The notes under the pieces were generated by a model. The model was not told the origin of the DNA and searched no databases. It was given only the letters and a program-made list of their open reading frames with translations. A program made the translations under genes and the position numbers. From an uncultured Planctomycetota bacterium (GTDB lineage: Bacteria > Planctomycetota > PLA2 > JAEUHO01): a DNA stretch of 64,000 nucleotides. The stretch spans positions 185,704-249,703 of the forward strand of contig CAVVXN010000004.1 of NCBI GenBank assembly GCA_963752285.1, written 5' to 3'. This document shows positions 1 through 8,796 of the stretch, one piece after another (the stretch's first letter is position 1; each line of letters opens with the position of its first letter).

Positions 1-2
1 GG

Positions 3-884
3 ATGCTCGTCGTGGCGCTGGGCCGCGGGTACCTGCAGGACCTCCAACGACTCGTCTCGGGGCACGACGCCGGACGGCCGTCGAGGACCGGGCGTCCTGC
101 CGTCGCGCCGCGCCGGCCCTGGAAATCCCTGCCGGGCCTCGAGACCGCGGAGGCGCGTGCGGGTTGGCTGCTCTACGCCGGCGCCATGCGGAGCCGGGCG
201 TCGCTTGCCAGGGCGGTCCCGAGCCTCGTGACGCCGGTCGCGTTCCAGGTGTTCGGGGTGATCCAATCCCGGCAGGACGGCGTGAACGCCTTCTCGCCCA
301 TCGTCCCCTACCTGGTCGCGTCGGCGCCGGCCATGCTCCTCATGCTCCTCCCGTATCACGAGGACCACGACGCGGTGTGGTGCCTCCAGTCGTCCCCGAT
401 GCGCCGCTACGGGCGGTTCTGGCTCGGAATCGTGGGCGCGATGCTGGTGCGACACGTGCTCGTGGCGGCCGTCGCGGTGACCGCCATCGCGCTGGCGTTC
501 GACCCGCGCTGGACGACGCTCGCGGGTCTGGTCCACGCGTTCGTCGGCGCGCTCCTGACCGTGTGCGTCGTGGGCGCGGTGACCTGGAAGCGACTGCCGT
601 TCTCGCGCGCGTTCACGGGGAGCCAGGCCGCGGAGGGGATCGGCGTCACGTTCCTCGCGCTGCTCGTGCTGGGCGTTCTCGGCGGTCTCCACGCGCTCGT
701 GCTCGCCTACGCCCCGTGGGCGTTCCTCGTCACGATCCCCGCCGCGACCCTCCTCGGGCTCCTCTGGCTCCGTAGCCTCGCGAACGAGCTGGACCGAAAC
801 CCGCCGGCGGAGCTCGCCCTTCGTCCGTCCGGCCTCCGTCCCGCGCGGGTCGGGTCGTCGCGCACCGGAAGCCGCCGATCGTGA
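3..884 (+). CDS. Multi-pass membrane protein, possibly an ABC-2-type permease subunit; 5'-truncated by the window edge
   Basis: Several long hydrophobic segments. The stop overlaps the next start (GTGA at 881-884). No diagnostic motif. Confidence 0.55.
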   Translation: MLVVALGRGYLQDLQRLVSGHDAGRPSRTGRPAVAPRRPWKSLPGLETAEARAGWLLYAGAMRSRASLARAVPSLVTPVAFQVFGVIQSRQDGVNAFSPIVPYLVASAPAMLLMLLPYHEDHDAVWCLQSSPMRRYGRFWLGIVGAMLVRHVLVAAVAVTAIALAFDPRWTTLAGLVHAFVGALLTVCVVGAVTWKRLPFSRAFTGSQAAEGIGVTFLALLVLGVLGGLHALVLAYAPWAFLVTIPAATLLGLLWLRSLANELDRNPPAELALRPSGLRPARVGSSRTGSRRS

Positions 885-1849
885 ACCCCCTCGCCCGCGG
901 CTGGTCCCGGCTTCGCGCGCTCGCCTCGCGGTCGCGTGCGCGGGTCGTAGACACCTGCATGTGCCTCAACGAGCTCGACCTGCTCGAGCTGCGGCTTCGG
1001 GAGCTGTGGGACGTCGTCGATCGGTTCGTCGTCGTGGAGGCGACCTTCACGCACGCCGGCGTCGAGAAGCCCCTCTTCCTCTCCGCGCACCGGTCCCGAT
1101 TCCAACCCTATCGGGAGAAGCTCGTCGTCCACACGCTGACCGATTGCCCCGTGGCGTCGCCGCGGGACGAGGCGGAGCGGGCCGAGATCGAGCGGCACCA
1201 GCGGGAGTCGATCGGCGAAGCGCTCCGGCCGCTCCACCTCTCCGGCCGCGACGTCGTCCTCGTGAGCGACGTAGACGAGATCCCTCGCGCATCCGAGGTC
1301 GCGGCCCTCGACCGGCGCCTTCACGACGCGCGGTTCGCCGTGTTCGTCGAGCGTCACTACCATCGCTACGTGAACCACGCCTGGCCCGACGGCTCGGGGC
1401 CACCCGCGTGGCTCGGAACGGTCGCGTGCCGGTACGCGACGCTTCGTCGCATCGGCGCTCACGAGGTGCGCCTGGGGAAGGGCCGTGCGGGCCGGCTCCT
1501 CGAGCGGAGAGACCCGCGGTGGAGCTACGTGGAGGAGGGCGGGTGGCACCTCACGTGGATGGGGGGCGCCGAGGCGAGCTGGCTCAAGGCGCAGCACGTC
1601 CTCCACGTCCTCCCGGCCGCGTCGGGCCTGCGCGACCTCGGGCCCGAGATCCCGATCCAGGTCTTTTCGACCGACGTGTCGCGCGCCGAGTGCCGCGCCC
1701 TCCAGGCGGAGTACCTCGCGGAGGCCGAGGACCCCCGCTTCACGTCCCTGGACTTCGACACGTTCGAGATCGAGCAGGACGTCCCCCGCGTCCTGTGCGC
1801 GGACCGACGGCGGTATCGAAGGTGGTTCTTCTTCACGAGCGGCGTCTGA
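881..1849 (+). CDS. Glycosyltransferase family 17 (MGAT3/GnT-III-like)
   Basis: NELDLLELRLRELWDVVDRFVVVEATFTHAGVEKPL, the SDVDEIP DxD motif and GGWHLTW match GT17. Confidence 0.85.
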   Translation: MNPLARGWSRLRALASRSRARVVDTCMCLNELDLLELRLRELWDVVDRFVVVEATFTHAGVEKPLFLSAHRSRFQPYREKLVVHTLTDCPVASPRDEAERAEIERHQRESIGEALRPLHLSGRDVVLVSDVDEIPRASEVAALDRRLHDARFAVFVERHYHRYVNHAWPDGSGPPAWLGTVACRYATLRRIGAHEVRLGKGRAGRLLERRDPRWSYVEEGGWHLTWMGGAEASWLKAQHVLHVLPAASGLRDLGPEIPIQVFSTDVSRAECRALQAEYLAEAEDPRFTSLDFDTFEIEQDVPRVLCADRRRYRRWFFFTSGV

Positions 1850-1892
1850 CGGCGGGAGGGGCCGACCCGCCTCTCCGGTATCCTCGCGCGCC

Positions 1893-2843
1893 GTGCCGCT
1901 CGCTCGTGCGCCCGCCGCAGAAGACCTCGCCGCGCCCCGACCGCGGGGGGGCGAGCCCGTGCTCTTCGTCGGGCAGCCGCGGTACTTCCGCTCGTGCTAC
2001 GAGGACGCCGTGCGCCAGGGGTGGGGATACGCCTACGAGGTCCGCTTCGGCCAGAAGGACCTTCTCGAAGGGCTTCCCGAGCGCGTGGCGGCCACGGGCG
2101 CGCGGACGTGCGTCGTCTTCGAGCCCTGGATGCTGGCGGACCGCCCCGAGCACGCGCGCGCCCTCCGGGCGGCGGGCGTGCGCCTGGTCGCGTACTCCAC
2201 CGAGCCGCTGCCGCACCGACGCCGCGGCGCGCACAAGGACACGAAGCGGCGGCTCGCGAACGTGCGCCGCGCGCGCCGCCTCGACTGGGACCTCTGGATC
2301 CACCACGACCCGTCGTCCGAGGCCCTGCTCCGCGCCGAGGGCTGCGAGCCGCTCGTGATCCACCCCCTGCCGGTGAGCGAGTGCCTGTTCTTCCCGGAGG
2401 CCGTCGAACGCGACGTCGACGCGTGCTTCCTCGGCTGGAGCTCGCCGCACCGGGAGGAGTTCCTCGCCCTGCTCGAGGCCCACCTCCACGTCGTCCACGT
2501 GGCCCACGGCTTCTTCGACGAGGACGCGCGCCGCCTGATGAATCGCTCGAGGGTGGTGCTGAACCTCCACGCCCACGCCTTCGAGAACTTCGAGAACCGG
2601 TGCGTGCAAGCTCTCTTCTGCGGTCGGCCGCTCGTGAGCGAGGCGCTCGCCGGCGGCTACCTCGCGCCGGGCCGGGCGTACGCGCTCGCGAGGACGCCCC
2701 GGGAGATGCTGGAACGGGTGAGGAACGTCCTCGCGGCGGGCGACGGCGAGACGCGGGAGCCCACGTTCGACCGCTCGCGTTTCCTCGTGGCCTCGCTCCG
2801 CGCGGTCCTCGCGTGCCCGTGGCCCGGGGCGGTCCCGCCGTGA
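1893..2843 (+). CDS. CgeB-like glycosyltransferase (Glyco_trans_1_2-type C-terminal domain)
   Basis: DACFLGWSSPHREEFL...MNRSRVVLNLH...ENRCVQALFCGRPLVSE. Start re-called to the in-frame GTG at 1893. Confidence 0.7.
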   Translation: MPLARAPAAEDLAAPRPRGGEPVLFVGQPRYFRSCYEDAVRQGWGYAYEVRFGQKDLLEGLPERVAATGARTCVVFEPWMLADRPEHARALRAAGVRLVAYSTEPLPHRRRGAHKDTKRRLANVRRARRLDWDLWIHHDPSSEALLRAEGCEPLVIHPLPVSECLFFPEAVERDVDACFLGWSSPHREEFLALLEAHLHVVHVAHGFFDEDARRLMNRSRVVLNLHAHAFENFENRCVQALFCGRPLVSEALAGGYLAPGRAYALARTPREMLERVRNVLAAGDGETREPTFDRSRFLVASLRAVLACPWPGAVPP

Positions 2844-4054
2844 CCGCGAAGGAGAGCGACTCGGTTGCGCGCGCCGAGGTGAAGGACGCGATGCGCGTCG
2901 CGTCCGACGCCGCGCGGCGACATCTGCGCCATCTCGAGCGTCTGGTCGGTACGGCGTCCGACCTCGAGGCCCCGTTCTCCGCGCGGCTTCGCCGGCGGCT
3001 CGCCCGCGTCGTCCCCGGCGGACGTCGCCGCGCGCTCGTCCGCCTCGTCGCGGGGTTTCGCGCCGTCGTCGAGGCCACCGAACGCGCGGCCGACTGGCAG
3101 GACGCCCAGGCCACGTACGCCCAGGCGCTCGCCGAACGCGCGGCGCGAGGCGCACCCGCCCGATCGTGGGAGGGCCCTCGCGAACGCCCCGCGCTCCTGG
3201 TCGGGACGGGCGGCGGCGGAACGCGACTCCTCGCCGACCTCGCCGCGCGTCTCGGGCTCTTCCTGGGGCCGCGCGTCAACGAGAGCTTCGACTCCGTGGC
3301 CCTCGCGCCGCTCGTCTACGAGCTCGTCGAGGAGCGCGGCGACGCGGTGGACCTGCCGGAGGGCGACGGGGCCCGGGCGAGGATCCTCTCCACCCTGGAG
3401 GCGGTGTACGGCGACTGGCTCCGCGAGGGCGAGCCCTTCGGCTGGAAGCTCCCCGAGTCGATCCTCGTCCTCCCGCTCCTCCTCGACGCGTTCCCGGACG
3501 CGCGCGTCGTGTTCCTCGTGCGACACCCCGTGACCGCCTCGCTCCGACGCCCGCACGTCACGACGCTCCCCGAGCACCCGCTCGGTCGCGCGGTGCTCGC
3601 GGGCGCGTACCGCGCGGTCGGCCGCCCGCCCGGGCGGGTCCCGACCGACCCGCCCTACGTGCGGCACGCCCTCGTCTGGCGACACGAGGTCGGCCGTGCG
3701 CACCGGTGGCTCGCGCGAAGCGTCCCCGCCGAGCGCGTGCTCCGACTGCGCTACGAGGAGCTCGCGCTGAGCCCCCGGCGGTGCGCCGAGCGTCTCGCCG
3801 GGCACCTCGGCCTCGCCCCGCCGGGACCCGGGGACGCGAGCGGATTCGACGTGCGGCGCATCCAAGCGCCCGGGGACCGCGCGCGCGTGCGGGAGGTCCT
3901 CGCGATCTGTGGCGACGTCGCCGCCGAGGTCGGCTACGCGGACGGCTGGCTCGACGGCCCGTGGGAGCGGCCCGAGCGGCGCGACCTGTTCGCGATCCCG
4001 TCCGGACGCGCGTCGGGGACCTCCGGGCCGGGCCGGCGACCCGCCCCCACGTAG
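2840..4054 (+). CDS. Sulfotransferase family protein
   Basis: PAPS-loop-like VGTGGGGTRLL, FGWKLP, FPDARVVFLVRHP and LRYEEL. The GTG at 2840 overlaps the previous stop. Confidence 0.75.
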   Translation: MTAKESDSVARAEVKDAMRVASDAARRHLRHLERLVGTASDLEAPFSARLRRRLARVVPGGRRRALVRLVAGFRAVVEATERAADWQDAQATYAQALAERAARGAPARSWEGPRERPALLVGTGGGGTRLLADLAARLGLFLGPRVNESFDSVALAPLVYELVEERGDAVDLPEGDGARARILSTLEAVYGDWLREGEPFGWKLPESILVLPLLLDAFPDARVVFLVRHPVTASLRRPHVTTLPEHPLGRAVLAGAYRAVGRPPGRVPTDPPYVRHALVWRHEVGRAHRWLARSVPAERVLRLRYEELALSPRRCAERLAGHLGLAPPGPGDASGFDVRRIQAPGDRARVREVLAICGDVAAEVGYADGWLDGPWERPERRDLFAIPSGRASGTSGPGRRPAPT

Positions 4055-4674
4055 CGCGGGGGCACGAGGACCGTCCGCACCTCGACCTCCTCGAGACCCG
4101 CGAGCAACACGTCCCGCACGGCCTGCTCCCCGAACCGGTAGTAGTCGCCCGGGAACCGGTGCACCACGAGCGTCGGCGTCGAGGCCGAGAGCGCGTCGGC
4201 CCAGGCGCGGAGCGGTCGGCCGAGCAGCGGCACGCTGGCCATCGCGCCAACGAGACGGGCGCCGCGCGTGAGGCGCCTGGGGCCGTAACCCGGCACGCCG
4301 ATCGCCACGAGCGCGCCCGGACGCGCGACGCGTCGGATCTCGGCGAGCGTCAGCCAGAAGCGGGGGTCGTGCTCGAGGACGGAGTTCGTGAGCACCGTGT
4401 CGAACCGTGCGTCCTCGAAGCAGGAGAGGTCGTTTGCGTTCGCCCGCAGGATCTCGAAGTCGGCGTGGCGGGAGGGACCGTCGAGGGCAACCCCGACCTT
4501 CTCGGTCGCGCCGGCCAGGGCGGGCAGGCAGAGGAGGGCTTCGGGGCCGGGCACGGCCCCGATCTCGAGGACCGCGCCGCCCGCGCCCCGTGCGCGACAG
4601 ACGCTCTCGAACTCGGCGAAGACCCTCTCGTGCACGGCCGCCCCCGGGCCCGCGGAGCATACGGGAGCGTGCAC
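3934..4674 (-). CDS. Class I SAM-dependent methyltransferase
   Basis: VLEIGA and FEDARFDTVLTNSVLEHD...EIRRVARPG. Alternative start GTG 4635. The 3' end overlaps the convergent sulfotransferase. Confidence 0.8.
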   Translation of the reverse strand: MHAPVCSAGPGAAVHERVFAEFESVCRARGAGGAVLEIGAVPGPEALLCLPALAGATEKVGVALDGPSRHADFEILRANANDLSCFEDARFDTVLTNSVLEHDPRFWLTLAEIRRVARPGALVAIGVPGYGPRRLTRGARLVGAMASVPLLGRPLRAWADALSASTPTLVVHRFPGDYYRFGEQAVRDVLLAGLEEVEVRTVLVPPRYVGAGRRPGPEVPDARPDGIANRSRRSGRSHGPSSQPSA

Positions 4675-4748
4675 CGCCCGACAACGCGACGTGTCGTCCG
4701 GCCCGGGTCCTTGCCGGAACGTCCGCGCGACGCGATGATCCGCGCTCG

Positions 4749-5852
4749 ATGCGCTTCCTCTTCGCCACCGGCGAGCGATACCCGCCCGAGGTCCACGGCG
4801 GCGCCGAGGTGTCGATCGACGAGCTCGTGGGCGCGCTCCTCGCGCGGGGCCACGGGTGCGAGGTCGTCGCGGGCCTCGGTCGCGGGCTTCGCCGGCTGCG
4901 CTACCGCCTCTGGCGCGCGCGGACCGGCTTCGCCCGGGTCGGCCGCCGGGACGCGGCGAACGGCTACGGCACGGTGCGCGCCCGCCGGCACGACGTCCGG
5001 GCGGCCCTCGCGGAGCGCCTCGGGGCGTTTCGCCCCGACGTCGTCCTGGCGTGGAACGCGTGCGGGCCCGCGCTCGCCGCGGACGCCGCCGCGGCCGGCG
5101 CCCGCGCGATCCTCTGGCTCCCGGACGCGACCCTCCGCCCCGAGGCCGGGCCGGTCCCGCCCGGGGCCCTCGTCGCGGCGGCGTCCCGGTTCGTCGCGGA
5201 ACGGGCCGAGCGACGCCTCGGCCGCCCCGTCTCCGTGCTGCGACCGCTGGTTTGCCGGGAGCGTTACCGGTCCGCCCGGCGGTGGCCCGAGATGGTCACG
5301 CTCGTGAACCCGCTCCCGACGAAGGGCGTCGAGGTGGCCCTCGGCGTCGCACGCCTGCTGCCCGAGCGCGCGTTCGCTCTCGCCGTGCCCCGCGGCTTCC
5401 CGGGCGGGGCCCGCGCGGTCCGACGGCTCGCGCGGCGCAGAGCACGAAACGTCCGCGTGATCGGGCCGTTCCTCGACATGCGCGAGGTCTACGCGCGCAC
5501 GGCCGTGCTGCTCGTCCCCTCGCAGTGCGAGGACGCGTCCCCGCGTGTCGTGCTCGAGGCGCACGCGAACGCGATCCCCGTGGTCGCGAGCCGCGTCGGT
5601 GGGATCCCCGAGATCGGCGGCGACGCCGCGGTGCTCCTCCCTCCCGACGCGCCGCCCTCGGCCTGGGCGGAGGCGGTGGAGCGACTGCTCTCGGACGAGG
5701 CGCATCGCGAGGACGTCGCGCGGCGCGGCCTCGAAAACGTGGCGCGGGCCGAGCTCCGCCCGGAGGAGGTGGTCGAGTCGCTCTTGCGGCTCGCGACCGC
5801 GCCCGTCGGCTCGTCTCGCGACGCGGCACGGGCCCCGGTGGGCGGCGCGTGA
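4749..5852 (+). CDS. Glycosyltransferase family 4
   Basis: MRFLFATGERYPPEVHGGAE N-terminus and VPSQCEDASPRVVLEAHANAIPVVASRVGGIPE. ATG at 4749. Confidence 0.85.
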   Translation: MRFLFATGERYPPEVHGGAEVSIDELVGALLARGHGCEVVAGLGRGLRRLRYRLWRARTGFARVGRRDAANGYGTVRARRHDVRAALAERLGAFRPDVVLAWNACGPALAADAAAAGARAILWLPDATLRPEAGPVPPGALVAAASRFVAERAERRLGRPVSVLRPLVCRERYRSARRWPEMVTLVNPLPTKGVEVALGVARLLPERAFALAVPRGFPGGARAVRRLARRRARNVRVIGPFLDMREVYARTAVLLVPSQCEDASPRVVLEAHANAIPVVASRVGGIPEIGGDAAVLLPPDAPPSAWAEAVERLLSDEAHREDVARRGLENVARAELRPEEVVESLLRLATAPVGSSRDAARAPVGGA

Positions 5853-6847
5853 ACCTCGAGGGCCGCACCGTGCTGGTGACGGGATCGGCCGGGTTCATCG
5901 GCAGCCACGTCGTCGAGACCCTCGTCTCCCGCGGGGCGCGCGTCCGCGCGTTCACGCACTATCGCGCCCTCGGTTCGCGGGGCTGGCTCGACGCGCTCTC
6001 GCCCGCGACGGAGGACGCGCTCGAGATCGTCGCCGGGGACGTCCGCGACGGATTCTCGCTCCTCGACGCGACCGACGGCGCGAGCGCGGTCCTCCACCTC
6101 GCGGCGCTCGTGGGCGTGCCGTACTCGTACGAGAGCCCGGCGTCGTTCGTCGCGACGAACGTGACGGGCACGCTGCACGTCCTGGAGGCGGCGCGCCGCC
6201 GCGCGGTCGAGCGGGTGGTCGTGGTCTCGACCTCCGAGGTCTACGGCACCGCGCGCCACCCGCCGATCGACGAGGACCACCCGCTCCAGGCCCAGTCGCC
6301 CTACGCGGCGAGCAAGATCGGCGCCGAGAAGCTCGCCGAGGCGTATGCCCGGACCTACGGACTCCCCGTCGTCGTGGCCCGCCCCTTCAACACGTACGGA
6401 CCGCGCCAGTCCGCGCGCGCGATCGTCCCGGCGATCCTCGGGCAGCTCCTCGCGGGCGCGCGCGAGGTGCACGTCGGGAACCTCGAGCCGCGGCGGGACT
6501 TCGTCTTCGTGCGGGACACGGCACGCGCGCTCGCCGACCTCCTCTCGTGCGACGAGGCGATCGGCACGGTGGTGAACGTCGCGACCGGCGTGGACGTGTC
6601 CGTCGGCGAGCTCGCGGCGCGCATCGTGGCGCGCGTTCGCCCGGGCACGCCCGTCGTCCGGGACGACGTTCGATCGCGCCCGTCGTCGTCCGAGGTCGAG
6701 CGGCTCCAGGGATCGGCGGCGCGGCTCGAGGCCCTGACGGGCGCGCGGCCGGCGGTCGATCTCGACGCGGGCCTCGACGAGACGATCGCCTGGTACGCGG
6801 AGCCGGGTCGCGTGGACCCGCGCTCGGCCTCGGCCTACTCGATCTAG
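5849..6847 (+). CDS. NAD-dependent nucleotide-sugar 4,6-dehydratase/epimerase (LegB-like extended SDR)
   Basis: TGSAGFIGSH, HLAALVGVPYSY, STSEVYG, YAASK and RPFNTYGPRQSARA. The GTG at 5849 overlaps the previous stop. Confidence 0.88.
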   Translation: MNLEGRTVLVTGSAGFIGSHVVETLVSRGARVRAFTHYRALGSRGWLDALSPATEDALEIVAGDVRDGFSLLDATDGASAVLHLAALVGVPYSYESPASFVATNVTGTLHVLEAARRRAVERVVVVSTSEVYGTARHPPIDEDHPLQAQSPYAASKIGAEKLAEAYARTYGLPVVVARPFNTYGPRQSARAIVPAILGQLLAGAREVHVGNLEPRRDFVFVRDTARALADLLSCDEAIGTVVNVATGVDVSVGELAARIVARVRPGTPVVRDDVRSRPSSSEVERLQGSAARLEALTGARPAVDLDAGLDETIAWYAEPGRVDPRSASAYSI

Positions 6848-7102
6848 ACCGGACAAACCATGAACCTACGTGAATCACGCGGCCCTGCGCACGCCAGAAC
6901 CCCGATGGCGGCGTCCTTCGTCGTCGGCGACCCCCGATCCTGGGCCGGGACGGGAGGTCGCCTCCTCCCGACGCCTCGCCCTCGGGGCCCGGGCGCACAG
7001 AGGACACCCTGTCGGGGAAGGCGTGATCGCCCCGCGGTCGCAACGCGAGCCTGCATCGACGCTTCTGTCGAACACGTCGCGTGCTCCATGGGTCATCCCG
7101 GT
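6848..7102. mobile_element. Candidate MITE-like non-autonomous insertion (255 bp)
   Basis: Flanked by TAG direct repeats (6845-6847 and 7103-7105). Imperfect terminal inverted repeats: ACCGGACAAACCATG versus reverse-complement ACCGGGATGACCCATG. Removing it plus one TAG leaves a 9-nt gap between two sugar-pathway genes. Confidence 0.5.
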
Positions 7103-7114
7103 TAGGAAGAACTC

Positions 7115-7828
7115 GTGCGTGCGGTCATCCTCGCGGGCGGCGCGGGCGCCAGGCTGCGTCCCTACACCGCCACCATCCCCAAGCCTCTCGTGCCGATCGG
7201 GGGCGAGAAGCCGATCCTCGAGATCGTGCTCCGCCAGCTCGCGCGCGCGGGATGCGCGCGGGCCACGCTCGCGGTGGGCGGCGGGTCGGCCTCGCTCGTG
7301 CGCGCGTTCTTCGGCGACGGCGAGGCGGTCGGCGTCCCGCTCGACTACGTCGTGGACGCGAGCCCCCTCGGCACGGTGGGCCCCCTCACCCTGATCGAGG
7401 ACCTCCCCTCGCACGTCCTGGTGATGAACGGGGACGTCCTGTCCGACCTCGACCTTCGCGCCTTCTACGAGGCCCACGTCGCGCGCGGCGCCGCCGCCAC
7501 CGTCGCGGCCTGCTACCGGTCGGTGCGCGTGGACTTCGGCGTGATGGGGTGCGATGAACGTGGCGTGCTGGTCGAGTTCTCGGAGAAGCCGAGCCACGAC
7601 GTCCTGGTCAGCATGGGCATCTACTGCCTGCGGTGCGAGGCGCTCGCGTGCGTGCCTCGCGGGACGCCGTACGGGTTCGACGACCTCATGCGGGACGGGA
7701 TTCGCCGCGGCGATCGGATCGACGTCGTGCGACACGACGGCTTCTGGCTCGACATCGGGCGCCCGGAGGACTACGACCGCGCGAACGAGCTCTACCCCGC
7801 GCTCCGCGATCGCCTCGACCCGGCATGA
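7115..7828 (+). CDS. Sugar-phosphate nucleotidyltransferase (mannose-1-phosphate guanylyltransferase-like)
   Basis: VILAGGAGARLRPYT..PKPL, VMNGD, EFSEKP and WLDIGRPEDY. Confidence 0.88.
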   Translation: MRAVILAGGAGARLRPYTATIPKPLVPIGGEKPILEIVLRQLARAGCARATLAVGGGSASLVRAFFGDGEAVGVPLDYVVDASPLGTVGPLTLIEDLPSHVLVMNGDVLSDLDLRAFYEAHVARGAAATVAACYRSVRVDFGVMGCDERGVLVEFSEKPSHDVLVSMGIYCLRCEALACVPRGTPYGFDDLMRDGIRRGDRIDVVRHDGFWLDIGRPEDYDRANELYPALRDRLDPA

Positions 7829-8796
7829 CGCGCGCCGTCGTCACGGGCTCGACCGGGTTCACGGGGCGTCACCTCCTCGCGGAGCTCGAAGCGCGCGGGA
7901 TCGAGGCGGTCCGCGTGAGCCTGCGGCGGCACGGACCCGGCGTCACCACCGTGCGCCTCGCGTCCCGAGGCGCGTGGGAGGAGCTCTTGGGAGGCGTCGG
8001 GCCCGACCTCGTGTTCCACCTCCACGGGTCCTTTGAGGGGGAGGACGCGTCGGAGCTCGTCCGCCACAACGTCGCGCCGGCGGCGGCGCTCCTCGACGCG
8101 GCGGCGCGCGTCGGGTCTCGCGCGTCGATCCTGCTCGTCGGGTCGGCGGCGGAGTACGGGCCGCTCGCGCCCGGCCGAGGGCCCGTGACGGAGGACGCGC
8201 CGCTTCGGCCGACCACGCTGCTCGGGGTCACCAAGGCCGCGCAGACCGGGCTCGGCCTCGCCGCGGCCCGGACCCGCGGGCTCGTCGTCGTCGTCGCGCG
8301 GCCCGCGAACCTGGTCGGTCCCGGCGCGGCCGAGACCACCGCGGTCGGCGCCTTCGCGGCCCGTCTCGCCGACGTCGCGGCCGGACGCGCGCGCGTCGTG
8401 CGCGTGGGCCCCCTCGACACGACGCGCGACCTCGTGGACGTGCGCGACGCCGTCCGCGCGTACGTGGCCCTGGCCCTCGCGCCGCGCGCCCGGGGGCAGG
8501 TGGTCCACGTGGCGACGGGACGGGCGACGCCGATGCGCGAGGTCTTCCTAGGGCTCGCGCGCCGGCTGGGCGTGTCGTGTCCGGTGGAGGAGGATCCGGC
8601 GCTTGGGCCCGCACGCTCCGCCGACCAGCCGGCGTTCACGGCGAGCGTGGACCGCCTGCGGGACCTGGTGGGGGAGGTCCCGGCGACGCCGCTCTCGGTC
8701 ACGCTCGACGACGTGGCCCGTGCCGTCGAGGTCGGGCCGGGCCGCGCGGGCGCGGGCTCGGGCGCGGGCGACGGGCCGCGCTCACCGGTCGTGTGA
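7825..8796 (+). CDS. NAD-dependent epimerase/reductase (GDP-4-keto-6-deoxymannose reductase-like SDR)
   Basis: TGSTGFTG, GSAAEYG and RDLVDVRDAVRAY. The YxxxK position reads LGVTK. The ATG at 7825 overlaps the previous stop. Confidence 0.75.
   Translation: MTRAVVTGSTGFTGRHLLAELEARGIEAVRVSLRRHGPGVTTVRLASRGAWEELLGGVGPDLVFHLHGSFEGEDASELVRHNVAPAAALLDAAARVGSRASILLVGSAAEYGPLAPGRGPVTEDAPLRPTTLLGVTKAAQTGLGLAAARTRGLVVVVARPANLVGPGAAETTAVGAFAARLADVAAGRARVVRVGPLDTTRDLVDVRDAVRAYVALALAPRARGQVVHVATGRATPMREVFLGLARRLGVSCPVEEDPALGPARSADQPAFTASVDRLRDLVGEVPATPLSVTLDDVARAVEVGPGRAGAGSGAGDGPRSPVV

Noticed and set aside
6860..7105. 81-aa ORF inside the glycan operon gap
   Set aside because: No motif and atypical composition. 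It lies within the MITE-like insert.
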